A DNA stretch of 44,764 bases from an uncultured Bacteriovoracaceae bacterium. Lineage in GTDB: Bacteria; Bdellovibrionota; Bacteriovoracia; Bacteriovoracales; Bacteriovoracaceae. The position numbers were made by a program, and so were the translations under genes. The stretch covers positions 1 to 44,764 of the forward strand of contig CAXGUD010000031.1 in NCBI GenBank assembly GCA_964012805.1. The letters run 5' to 3'. The notes below the pieces were generated by a model. The model did not search any database. It was not told where the DNA came from and saw only the letters and a program-made list of their open reading frames with translations. The number at the start of each line of letters is the position of its first letter. The first letter of the stretch is position 1. Below, piece by piece: positions 34,751 to 44,186 of the stretch.

Positions 34751-35698
34751 ATGAGTAATGATGATGACTTTTCTGTTGGACTGAAAGAAAGTTATATAAA
34801 AATACATCTTGGTTATTTTATTCCGGATATTAAAATACCTCTTGCCCTTTATCTTCCTTTTAAGGGTAAAGTTATCGAAGTTGTTAAAGCGGGAACTCCT
34901 GGTTCACTCGATTTTTTTAAAAGAATGAAAAGTAATGGAATTTATTATGTTTATATTAAAAAAACGGATGGTACTGTCTGGAAAAATTGGAAAAATGTAA
35001 GGCATCCTGAAATTGGAGGGTTTAGCTCTTTTTCAAGCGGGCCTGGGAATAAGATTAAGTCCAATCTTGCTATTTATAAGGCAAGGGCCTTTGAAAAGGT
35101 TAAGATTGTACCAAGTGCTTTCAAAGAACCCGAAAGCTATTTAGATGAAGTTGATAAAAGGTACCACAAAATTTTATGTGACCAACAACTTATTTGGTTT
35201 TTCAATGAAACATGGTCTGAGTCGCACCTTCTTTTTTCTGCTAAGTTGAGTCTTTTTTTCTTCCTTTTTCTTGAACAGGTAAGAAGTGAGCTTATGATTT
35301 ATGATGAGATGGGTATTCTTACCTTTTCCCTAGTTCACAATCTTGTAAGTCAGGGAATGAGAAATGATTTTAAGGGCAAGCCAGAAGATAGTACCCTTTA
35401 TTATTTAAACAAAAAGGATATCGCTATAGATAGTGGTATAAGCTCCCTTTTTCAATTGAATAAACAATTTTGTGAAATGAAAAGGGAAACGAATTTTAAG
35501 TTTGATCCCTCGATGCCAAAAGGATATCAGGTTTTTTCTTTATTAAGAGATCTCATTGAAATCTTTGATAGAAGTAAAGTAGATATCCAAAAAAGGCAGG
35601 AAACCAGCTTTCTTTTGCTTAAAAGAGAAAATAGGTACGAGCTATCGCTTTTAGGTCATTTAGAAAGGTTCTTGAAAAAGGTTAGGTTGTTTCCATGA
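34751..35698 (+). CDS. Hypothetical protein, possibly a degenerate HD-GYP-like domain
   Basis: The architecture resembles HD-GYP proteins with an N-terminal beta domain. SLVHNL sits at the position of LLHDI, and no HHE or GYP motif is present. ATGA overlap with the next gene. Confidence 0.45.
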   Translation: MSNDDDFSVGLKESYIKIHLGYFIPDIKIPLALYLPFKGKVIEVVKAGTPGSLDFFKRMKSNGIYYVYIKKTDGTVWKNWKNVRHPEIGGFSSFSSGPGNKIKSNLAIYKARAFEKVKIVPSAFKEPESYLDEVDKRYHKILCDQQLIWFFNETWSESHLLFSAKLSLFFFLFLEQVRSELMIYDEMGILTFSLVHNLVSQGMRNDFKGKPEDSTLYYLNKKDIAIDSGISSLFQLNKQFCEMKRETNFKFDPSMPKGYQVFSLLRDLIEIFDRSKVDIQKRQETSFLLLKRENRYELSLLGHLERFLKKVRLFP

Positions 35699-37173
35699 AA
35701 GAACAAACGATTAATTTATATGAAGCCTTAGAAAAATTGCCTTTAGAAAAAATAGCTAAAGGAATCCCCTTAAAAGTATATGATAATTTCAATAATTTAA
35801 TTTGGGGAAATGATTTAGGCGGGGAGGAGGACTTAAAAATCTTTCCAATTACTACAAATAGTGGAATACCCTTAGCTTCTGTCCAAACTCGAGAAAGTCA
35901 TAAAGGCTTATTGAGAAAAATCATCCTAAAGGAAATTTCACGTTTTGTAAAAGAGGAAATTCAGGAATCAAGAAGAGATGAAGTCTCTATTTTCTACTCT
36001 GATCTGGAGAATCTAACATTTAATAAAACATTTCTGGATTCTTCATTTACAGGAAAGGAAGTCGAGAAAGATATCATTGATATACTTTATGCACTTAAAA
36101 AGTATTTTCCTTATGAAGGTTGCAATATTCATATTACCAATGGTGAGAATAGTCTTGAAGAGTTTTTAGAGATATCTAGTGATGGTGAAAAAAAGAAAGG
36201 AGAGTATTGGGACTTTCCCTTAAAAGAAGTCTCCGCAATCGCTTTCAACACTCAAACAGTTTACCATTCTAATGATGCTACCAATGACCCCTATTTTGGG
36301 CAATTAGTTGGATCAATTAAGAAATGCGATATTAAAAATTTCATTGTTGTTCCTTTAACCATTTTTGATAATAAGCAAGGTGCCTTAGCCTTTTATAATG
36401 AATGCTTCTTGAGAAAAGGTGAAAGTTTTAATCCTTCTTGGCACTTTAAGAATCTTATTAATCTTATTGCTTATAAAATTTTTTTAAAGAGGAGAGGGAT
36501 TGAAGTTTTTAAAAAAAGAAATGAAAAAAAAATTACTAACCGTTTTATAGGACCAAAAATAACGAACCACACTGTTCTTCAAAAAAAAATAAAATCCACA
36601 ACGTATCCACAGGAAAGAACTATCATAGCTATGTATGGTGGAATTCATAAATTTTTAGAAGGTGGAAATAAAATTCAAAGAAAAACGATGAGTTCTCTAT
36701 TACAATTTCATAATAGTAATGTTTCAAAGGTGGTAAACTCATTTGGTGGGACTGTCCATCAATTTAATAACGAACATTTTTTGGCATTTTGGAATTTTTA
36801 TGAAGATATGGATAGATTTGATCATTTTGCTTCAAGAGCAGCAATAAATTTAGTCCATTTTGCTCATGATTATTTACACCTTCATTTTAAAAGTTATGGA
36901 TTCCGAGACTTTCATTTCTCAGTTGGTTTAGTTAAAGAGAAAGTACAAATTGATTCTATTAGATCAAGAGAGGAAAACTTTCCCCTTATTCATGGAAATA
37001 TTATTGATACAACTAAGCAAATTTTTGAAGGGGCGCCAAATTGTACGGCTTATTTTCATGAAAAGATAATCAACGAATTAGTAAAAAATGACCTGCCTCC
37101 TATGCGTAAATTGTTTAATGTAAAGTTGAGGGGAGAAGCCCAAGGGGCGAGAATTTTTTCTTATAAGATATAA
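35695..37173 (+). CDS. GAF domain plus degenerate class III adenylate/guanylate cyclase domain
   Basis: GAF: SNDATNDPYF...NFIVVPL...GALAFYN. Cyclase fold: AMYGGIHKF, GGTVHQFNNEHFLAFWN, SVGL, IHGNII, VKLRG. Catalytic residues are missing. Confidence 0.72.
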   Translation: MKEQTINLYEALEKLPLEKIAKGIPLKVYDNFNNLIWGNDLGGEEDLKIFPITTNSGIPLASVQTRESHKGLLRKIILKEISRFVKEEIQESRRDEVSIFYSDLENLTFNKTFLDSSFTGKEVEKDIIDILYALKKYFPYEGCNIHITNGENSLEEFLEISSDGEKKKGEYWDFPLKEVSAIAFNTQTVYHSNDATNDPYFGQLVGSIKKCDIKNFIVVPLTIFDNKQGALAFYNECFLRKGESFNPSWHFKNLINLIAYKIFLKRRGIEVFKKRNEKKITNRFIGPKITNHTVLQKKIKSTTYPQERTIIAMYGGIHKFLEGGNKIQRKTMSSLLQFHNSNVSKVVNSFGGTVHQFNNEHFLAFWNFYEDMDRFDHFASRAAINLVHFAHDYLHLHFKSYGFRDFHFSVGLVKEKVQIDSIRSREENFPLIHGNIIDTTKQIFEGAPNCTAYFHEKIINELVKNDLPPMRKLFNVKLRGEAQGARIFSYKI

Positions 37174-37206
37174 ACTTTTTAAATAGTTTGCTTAAGGAAT
37201 TCACTA

Positions 37207-38673
37207 ATGAGCTTTGAAACTATAAATAAAAAAGAGTTCCTTGAAGAGATTAATATTAAGAACCTTCTTAAAGGAATACCTCATGTTGTTTTAAATGATT
37301 CTGGCATACTCATTTCATCGGAGTCACCTGATTTGGTAAGTTCTATTTCTAAAAAAGAAATCCGGACTTCAAACCCTTCTCAAGGTCTTCTTATTGAAAT
37401 CCAAATCCAAGATGAGTATTTGGATATGCTAGAAAGTTTTCTTGCCCATTTGTGGTCATCTACATTCAAGTATGATGTTAGAAATGCTGAAGCCGAAATT
37501 GTTGAAATTTTAGGTAATGACTTTACAAGATTTTTTAGTGGTGATTTATTTAGAGAGAGGACTTCTTTAAATGTTCAGGTAAAGAAAGCTTTTTTTCTTC
37601 TTAAGTCACATATTCCAATTCAGGAATTCGCTCTCTTTTTTATTGATAGAAAAAAGGGACTAAAAGAATTTGCGAGGATTGGAGGACCAGAGGATGTCCA
37701 TAAAGTTTTACCTTTGGATGGTTCAAATCTAGAAAGCATCGCTGCCCTTAGCAAAAATTTTTACTTTGCACCTAACTGTAAAGAAGAGTATGTCTTTAAA
37801 AATCAACCAAACCTTGATTATAGTAACTACCTTTGTTTACCAATTTTTCAAGATGGTCTTGTTGTTGGTGTTTTGAGTCTCATTGACTACTTGGAAAAAG
37901 ATTGGAGTCAGGAAAACTTTAAAAAGGCGAAATTGTTTGCTCAACTTTTGGCTTGGGTCAAAATGAAGAAAGAAGGAAATGAAATTTTTCATGAAGAAAT
38001 TATTGAAGAAAGAGTCCCTATAAACTATTTATCTAAAAAAATGATTCGTGAAATAAATGAAGAGCCTCCAAAAAATATTGACGTGCATTGTATGTGGGTA
38101 AATATCAGAGGAGCAAAGGATATTTTTAAAGGAATTGATAATGAGGTTATAAAAGATTTTTATAATATGTATTACAGTACAGTCTTTGAGATTTGTGAAA
38201 GATATGAAGGGCAAGTTGATAATAGTTTAGGTGATACTATATCTGTTGTTTGGAATGCATTTGGAAAAGGCCCTCTATCAAAAAATCTTGTTATTGAATG
38301 TGCTCTTGAAATTCAGAAAGAAATATTTGTGACTCTGATTCCTTTTTTAAAAGAAAAGGGAATTAAAAGAATGGGGGTTGGAATAGGAGTTGATGAAGGT
38401 GAAGCATATGTAGGAAACTTCGGATCTTCTGAAGAGGTAAACTATTCTTCATTTGGGTTTTGTAAAAAAAATGCAGAAATATTAAGTAAGATTGCTACTC
38501 CTGGGGAAATTCTTTTTCCTGAAAGTTTTTTTAATGGTGTTGATAAAGAGGATTTGCCAGGAGTGAAAAAAGTCATTTCTGGAGTCGGTTTATGTGGTGG
38601 AAGGCAAAGTGAGAAGATATTTAGTGTTCAACCAGTTGAGACTAAGGATTACACTAAAATAAAATCATATTAA
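37207..38673 (+). CDS. GAF domain plus degenerate class III adenylate/guanylate cyclase domain
   Basis: GAF: NYLCLPI...VVGVLSL. Cyclase fold: MWVNIRG, GQVDNSLGD, GIGVDEGEAYVGNFGS, YSSFG, ATPGEIL. The N-terminus is similar to that of the upstream gene. Confidence 0.8.
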   Translation: MSFETINKKEFLEEINIKNLLKGIPHVVLNDSGILISSESPDLVSSISKKEIRTSNPSQGLLIEIQIQDEYLDMLESFLAHLWSSTFKYDVRNAEAEIVEILGNDFTRFFSGDLFRERTSLNVQVKKAFFLLKSHIPIQEFALFFIDRKKGLKEFARIGGPEDVHKVLPLDGSNLESIAALSKNFYFAPNCKEEYVFKNQPNLDYSNYLCLPIFQDGLVVGVLSLIDYLEKDWSQENFKKAKLFAQLLAWVKMKKEGNEIFHEEIIEERVPINYLSKKMIREINEEPPKNIDVHCMWVNIRGAKDIFKGIDNEVIKDFYNMYYSTVFEICERYEGQVDNSLGDTISVVWNAFGKGPLSKNLVIECALEIQKEIFVTLIPFLKEKGIKRMGVGIGVDEGEAYVGNFGSSEEVNYSSFGFCKKNAEILSKIATPGEILFPESFFNGVDKEDLPGVKKVISGVGLCGGRQSEKIFSVQPVETKDYTKIKSY

Positions 38674-38809
38674 ATGAAGCTTTGTTTTAAATGAGTGTAT
38701 GGTCCTTATTTAAAAAATTACTCAAATTCATTCAATTAATTGGTGATTTATAAAAGATTTAAAGGCATTCTAATAATTTAGGAAGAAAACTTCTTCTGAG
38801 AGGCTTTTT

Positions 38810-40576
38810 TTGAGTTATTATGATTCTGAAAGTGACTGGTCGTGGCTTTTTCACAACGGACTTGACTGGTCGACTCTAATACCTCTTTTTTATCCAAAAT
38901 TCCCTACTGAAGATGGGCTGGAGTCTAATGAAGAGGTTATTCAATTCCAAGAAGAGTTGTTAAAAACAATTTCTAAATGGAGTTCAACATCGATTAAAGA
39001 AAGAGCAGCTAGACTTGATAAATTAGGGGCCGGCTCTGTTTCAAACGGAAAAACAATTCCCGGAACTGACCTTGAAGAAATTTATAAAGAGGCAAAGGAG
39101 TTAGACCTTTTTAGTTTACCTTTGCCAAGAAAGTATGGAGGTATGGACTTACCTCAATCCCCACATTTTATTGGCCTGGCCTTTCTTGCCAGGGCCTGTG
39201 TTTCAACGTCTACTCAATTAGCTTTTTTTTCGGCCATCGGGGATATGTTGGCAAGATTTGGAAGTAATGAAGTAAAGGAAAGGTTGATTCCAAAAATATC
39301 ATCTGGAGAAATTAGTGGGTCAATGTGCTTAACTGAACCGGGATGTGGAAGTGATGTGGGAGCTTTAAAAACCTCAGCAACACCATCTGGGGATGGTTTT
39401 TACCTCCTTAATGGATCAAAGTGCTTTATAACCAATGGAGGCGGTGGCTTAGGGCTAGTGCTTGCTAGGATTAAAGGAGACCCGGAGGGAACTGAAGGAA
39501 TTTCAATGTTCTTGGCAGAGCAAGTACATGAGAAAAAAGCCGGTCTTAATTTCACCGTGACAAAAAATGAAAATAAAATGGGAATGCATGGTTCTTTTAC
39601 CACGGAGGTTGTTTACGAGGATACTGTGGCGACTTTGATTGGGAAGCCACGTATGGGATTTAAGTACATGCTTCATCTAATGAATGGGGCCCGAATTGGC
39701 GTCGCTTTCCAGTCTTTAGGTGTCCTTGAATCAGCAATAAAAGATGCACAAAAGTATGCAAAGGAAAGAGTCCAGTTTGGAAAACCTATTAGTGAACTTC
39801 CTCTTATGCAAAGGAACTTGGAAGATTTCGAAACGGAGTTAAAGGGGATAAGAGCTCTTCTTGTTGATACAGCATCTTTTTTTGATATTTATCAAAGACT
39901 GGAATTAAAAAAACTGGAAACAGGACATCTAACTGAAGTTGAAAAACAACTTTTTGATTCGGCCAATATGTGGACTAGGAAAAGGACTCCTCTTGTTAAA
40001 TACTATGCTTGTGAAGCAGCGACTTATCTTTCAGGAAAGGCCATTCAGGTTTTTGGTGGATATGGCTATATGGAGGAGTATTTGGTTGAAAGATATCACA
40101 GGGATAGCTTTGGTCCCCTCCTTTACGAAGGAACATCACAAATTCAAGCATTGATGGCGCTAAAAGATTTGATGGCCTTTATTATAAAGAAGCCAAGAAC
40201 TTATTTTTCCCATCTCTTTTTCGGAGGCGTGATCTCACCCCTTGAAAAACTACCTCAACACAAGACTATAGAAGATTTCAGTTCTTTGGGGAGAAAGTTA
40301 AAGAGAAAAATTACAAAATTGATTTACAGAACATTAAGGCCTAAAGGAATGGACCTATTTAAGGCCTCGAAATGGACGGAAACAGAAAAGATTGAAAAAC
40401 TCATGCTTCATGCAGAAACAATATGTGAGGGACTCTCTTATTTAGAAACATTAAGAGTTTTGGCCAATCACGCTTCCAAGGATGAAGACCGTACCAAACT
40501 TTATTTTGATTATAAAGTCCTAGTCCTTCCCCGCTTGACTCGGATTTACCATGATTGGGATCTTCGTAATCATTAA
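38810..40576 (+). CDS. Acyl-CoA dehydrogenase family protein
   Basis: YGGM, SMCLTEPGCGSD, LNGSKCFITNGG, KMGMHGS, RVQFGKPI, IQVFGGYGY and LYEGTSQIQ. Confidence 0.95.
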   Translation: MSYYDSESDWSWLFHNGLDWSTLIPLFYPKFPTEDGLESNEEVIQFQEELLKTISKWSSTSIKERAARLDKLGAGSVSNGKTIPGTDLEEIYKEAKELDLFSLPLPRKYGGMDLPQSPHFIGLAFLARACVSTSTQLAFFSAIGDMLARFGSNEVKERLIPKISSGEISGSMCLTEPGCGSDVGALKTSATPSGDGFYLLNGSKCFITNGGGGLGLVLARIKGDPEGTEGISMFLAEQVHEKKAGLNFTVTKNENKMGMHGSFTTEVVYEDTVATLIGKPRMGFKYMLHLMNGARIGVAFQSLGVLESAIKDAQKYAKERVQFGKPISELPLMQRNLEDFETELKGIRALLVDTASFFDIYQRLELKKLETGHLTEVEKQLFDSANMWTRKRTPLVKYYACEAATYLSGKAIQVFGGYGYMEEYLVERYHRDSFGPLLYEGTSQIQALMALKDLMAFIIKKPRTYFSHLFFGGVISPLEKLPQHKTIEDFSSLGRKLKRKITKLIYRTLRPKGMDLFKASKWTETEKIEKLMLHAETICEGLSYLETLRVLANHASKDEDRTKLYFDYKVLVLPRLTRIYHDWDLRNH

Positions 40577-41487
40577 TCGTAATACAAAGGAGGTTTCAGG
40601 GCCTTTTCCCAGTGAGAAAGTTCATGCTGGATCCACAAAAAGGCTTTCTCTTTCTTTTGAATTCTTTCAATTTTTGAGAATGATTTTTGCAGATCTTTTT
40701 TATTGTAAGTTATGAGAAAAGGACTAATCTTTTTTCTTTCATTCTCTTTTAAGTGGTAGAGGTCACCCCCTAAGATGATTGACCCCTTATTGGGAAGCCT
40801 TACAAGAAGAACCTGGTGCCCTGGCGTATGTCCTGTGGCCTTAATGATGGTGACTGTTCCATCACCGAACACGTCATGATCTCCATCAAGTTTTTGAATT
40901 TGGTGTTTAATATTTTTAAAATGATCAAATTCAAAAAAATAAAAAGAAGGAAAGGGACCAAAGCCTGCCTCCACCTCTTCTTTTTGAAGGAGTATCTTAC
41001 TCTTTTTGAAAATGTGAAGATTTCCCGTATGGTCTTGATGGAGGTGTGAAACAGCTACATAAGTGATATTAAGGGGAGAAACTCCAATTTCTTTTAGTTT
41101 TGTCTGCAGTGTTTTTTTTACTATATGGATACTTAATCCTCCATAAAACTTTTTGCCCCCTTCTAGCTTTATGTACCTGTCATCTAATCCTGTTCCCCAA
41201 AGTAATGAACCTTTAGGATGTTGAATATAAAAACAAGTCGTTGGAACCTTTCTCATATTATCTTTATTGTAGAGGTCACTAAATTTTGTAGAAAGAAGGG
41301 CTAAAAAAGGACCCATTTGAATCATACCACATTCAAAAGCATAAAGGCGGAGCGGTTTCCTTTCGCTCTCCTCGGCATGAGACCTCAGAGTAAGTTGAGC
41401 TGAAAGAAAGAGCAAAATAAAAATAAAAGAGTATTGTCTTTTGAAGATCAAAATGAAAATTGAAATCGCAGGCCTCCCAAAATTCAT
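40573..41487 (-). CDS. N-acyl-homoserine lactonase family MBL hydrolase with signal peptide
   Basis: SHLHQDHTG, DVFGDG, GHTPGH, GDLYH and IQHE. Hydrophobic N-terminus ending RSHA. Confidence 0.85.
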   Translation of the reverse strand: MNFGRPAISIFILIFKRQYSFIFILLFLSAQLTLRSHAEESERKPLRLYAFECGMIQMGPFLALLSTKFSDLYNKDNMRKVPTTCFYIQHPKGSLLWGTGLDDRYIKLEGGKKFYGGLSIHIVKKTLQTKLKEIGVSPLNITYVAVSHLHQDHTGNLHIFKKSKILLQKEEVEAGFGPFPSFYFFEFDHFKNIKHQIQKLDGDHDVFGDGTVTIIKATGHTPGHQVLLVRLPNKGSIILGGDLYHLKENERKKISPFLITYNKKDLQKSFSKIERIQKKEKAFLWIQHELSHWEKALKPPLYYD

Positions 41488-41693
41488 AAGACTGAAACCT
41501 CTAAACCTCTATTTAAAAAGGATTTTATCTTCTAGTCAAGAACCGTGATTTATTGCTTGTCCAATCGGTAGAAAAGATAAGACATTCTCATGAACAATTA
41601 TAGTGTTCAAAATGAAAAACTTCATGTAGATTCCCTAGTTCCCCAAAAACGAGAAAAGTGAAAAGTTTCTGGTGAGAGGGAAATGGAGACAAT

Positions 41694-42866
41694 TTGATGA
41701 GAGAAGATTTAAAGGAATACAGAAACAGACTTGATAAAATAGACCGAAACTTATTAGAAGGTCTTTCTGAAAGAATTTCTGTTGCTAATAAAATAGGGAA
41801 GGCCAAACTTCATAATAGCGCCTTGAAGTTTAGGGACTTTGTTCGTGAAGAAGAAATTCTTCAAAGTATCATGAAAAAAGGTGAAATGTATCAGCTGGAT
41901 CCTTCGCATATTCGAAAGCTTTTTAGTGAAATTATCGAGTATTCAGTAAGAGTTCAAGAGCAAAAATTATATAAAACAAAAGACGAAGAAGGTCTACGTG
42001 TTGCTTATCATGGCCTTAAGGGGTCGTATAGTTATCTAGCGGCTAAGACTCACTTCGGCAGCTTTAAAAAATTTATGAAAGTGGGAAGAGAGGCATCTTT
42101 TGAAAGCTATGAAACTTTAGGAAAAATGATCGAGGCCTTAGTCGATGGTGAGCAGGATTTTGCCATTTTGCCTCTTGAAAATACAACGGCAGGCTCGATT
42201 AATGAAAGTTATGACCTTTTAGGAAAATATGACTTAAAGATTGTCGGAGAAGAGATACTTGAAGTAAACCACTGTCTTATGGCCTTGGAAAAGATTCCTC
42301 TCCATAGAATAAAAAGGATCCTCTCTCACCCTCAGGCACTTCTTCAATGTTCCAAGTTTCTTGATACGCTTGATTGCTCAAAAGAAGCTTTTTCAAATAC
42401 TGCAATGGCAGCTGAATATATACACAAGTTACAAGACCTTTCCCTCGGAGCTATTGCAAGTCCTGAAGCAGCGGAAATTTATGGTCTTCATATTCTCAAG
42501 AATAATATTACTAATCAGTTTAAAAATTATACACGCCTGATTGTTGTTTCAAGAGAAGAGCGCTTATATGATCAGCGAGTTCCTTGCAAAACCTCTCTTG
42601 TTTTCACGTTAGGTCATACGAAAGGTGCTTTGATCAAGGCGCTTCAGGTTTTTGAAAAATACGATTTAAACCTTTCAAAAATAGAGTCGAGACCAAAAGT
42701 TAACTCACCTTGGGAGTATGTATTTTATGTAGACTTTGAAGGAAATTGCCAAGATTCTCACGTCCAGGATATGTTAACGGAACTATCTAGTAAAACAACT
42801 CACATGAAAAATCTGGGATCTTATCCTTCTCCGCTTGAAAGAAAAGTAAAGGGTAACCAAAAATGA
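41694..42866 (+). CDS. pheA: Bifunctional chorismate mutase/prephenate dehydratase (P-protein)
   Basis: AroQ-type RNRLDKID...R...K...RE. PDT motifs GSYS, PLENTTAGSI, SHPQAL.QC and NYTR. ACT domain with KIESRP. The start may be ATG 41697. Confidence 0.93.
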   Translation: MMREDLKEYRNRLDKIDRNLLEGLSERISVANKIGKAKLHNSALKFRDFVREEEILQSIMKKGEMYQLDPSHIRKLFSEIIEYSVRVQEQKLYKTKDEEGLRVAYHGLKGSYSYLAAKTHFGSFKKFMKVGREASFESYETLGKMIEALVDGEQDFAILPLENTTAGSINESYDLLGKYDLKIVGEEILEVNHCLMALEKIPLHRIKRILSHPQALLQCSKFLDTLDCSKEAFSNTAMAAEYIHKLQDLSLGAIASPEAAEIYGLHILKNNITNQFKNYTRLIVVSREERLYDQRVPCKTSLVFTLGHTKGALIKALQVFEKYDLNLSKIESRPKVNSPWEYVFYVDFEGNCQDSHVQDMLTELSSKTTHMKNLGSYPSPLERKVKGNQK

Positions 42867-44029
42867 AAATGAAAATAAAAATAGATGATAGAGTAACGGA
42901 TATTTTGAAATCATTTAAATTGCCTGACGAAATTGGGTTTGGAACCACCATCGCTCCCGTTATGATTACCTGTGATTTTAAAGAGGGCATTTGGGAAACG
43001 CCAAAGCTCGGGCCTTATGGTCCTCTTAAACTTCAACCGACAGCGAAAATTTTTCATTATGGGCAAGAGATTTTTGAAGGAATGAAAGCCTATCGCGTTA
43101 ACAAAAAAGGTCCTTATCTTTTCAGGCCTGTAGAGAATTATAAAAGGTTTAACTCATCGGCGGAGAGGATGGCCATGCCATTCATCCCTGAAGATCTTTT
43201 TATGGGCACAATCAAAGCCTTGGTTGATAAAGTGTCTCCTTTTATTCCTAATCAAAGTGGGGATTCTCTTTATATAAGACCGTTCATGATTTCTACAGAA
43301 AATCACCTTGGAATTGCTCCTTCAAAGGAGTTTAAATTTATTGTTGTGGCCAGCCCCTCTGCAAGCTACTTCAAAAAAGAAAAACCAATAGATGTGTTTA
43401 TTGAAAGGTTCTATGTAAGGGCCGTTGAGGGGGGAACAGGACAGGCCAAAACAGGAGGAAATTATGCAAGTGGTCTTGTTTCGGCAATGAAAGCTGAAAA
43501 ATTGGGTTACTCACAGACTTTGTGGTTGGATGCAGAAAGAAGGAAAGATTGTGAGGAAATGAGTGGTATGAATCTTTTTGTCGTTAAAAATGGAAAATTG
43601 GTAACGCCTGCACTTACAGGTACAATTTTAGAAGGAATCACAAGATCATCTTTGATTAGAATAGCAAAAGATCATAATATCGATGTCGAAGAAAGGAGCT
43701 TAGGCTTAAAAGAGTTAATTCAAGGAGTCAAGGAGGGCCAGATAACAGAGGCCTTTGCTTGTGGAACAGCTGTGATTTTGAAGTCGATTTCTTCATTCGG
43801 AGAAGAAGATGGAACAACCTACAAAATAAAATCAAAAGAATCCGAATACACTTACCAAGGAGAGAAGGTCCGAGGACAAATAGGTATATTTTTAAAAGAA
43901 ATGCTCTTATCACTCCAAGAGGGGCGGTCAAAGGACCCTTATGGTTGGAGGGTCAAGGTTCCAACAAGTGTTGATAGTTACCAAAAAGTGACTAAGGGTG
44001 ATAATCAACAGGTCCATTTGGACTGTTGA
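42863..44029 (+). CDS. ilvE: Branched-chain amino acid aminotransferase
   Basis: FHYGQEIFEGMKAY, LYIRP, AKTGGNY (PLP Lys), EMSGMN, ILEGITR and EAFACGTA. Confidence 0.95.
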   Translation: MKMKIKIDDRVTDILKSFKLPDEIGFGTTIAPVMITCDFKEGIWETPKLGPYGPLKLQPTAKIFHYGQEIFEGMKAYRVNKKGPYLFRPVENYKRFNSSAERMAMPFIPEDLFMGTIKALVDKVSPFIPNQSGDSLYIRPFMISTENHLGIAPSKEFKFIVVASPSASYFKKEKPIDVFIERFYVRAVEGGTGQAKTGGNYASGLVSAMKAEKLGYSQTLWLDAERRKDCEEMSGMNLFVVKNGKLVTPALTGTILEGITRSSLIRIAKDHNIDVEERSLGLKELIQGVKEGQITEAFACGTAVILKSISSFGEEDGTTYKIKSKESEYTYQGEKVRGQIGIFLKEMLLSLQEGRSKDPYGWRVKVPTSVDSYQKVTKGDNQQVHLDC

Positions 44030-44186
44030 TATTTCAATCAATATAAAAAAGGGTGTCATCTAGGCACTAAAACTTATGCTGAATAGTTGGCATCTTTCTT
44101 GCTCTTCTAGTGACAGACCTAAAAGAACGAAAAGTTAAGTAGGTTTATTAGGTTAAAAAACAAAATGAGAATTTGAGGAGGAGTTC

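Noticed and set aside
35695..38673. Cyclase genes as a CBASS/Pycsar-type anti-phage system
   Set aside because: The catalytic residues are missing, GAF sensor domains are present, and no TIR, transmembrane or nuclease effector gene is adjacent.
41590..41661. Short ORF upstream of pheA as a pheL-type attenuator peptide
   Set aside because: MNNYSVQNEKLHVDSLVPQKREK has no Phe codons, no clear RBS and no following terminator.
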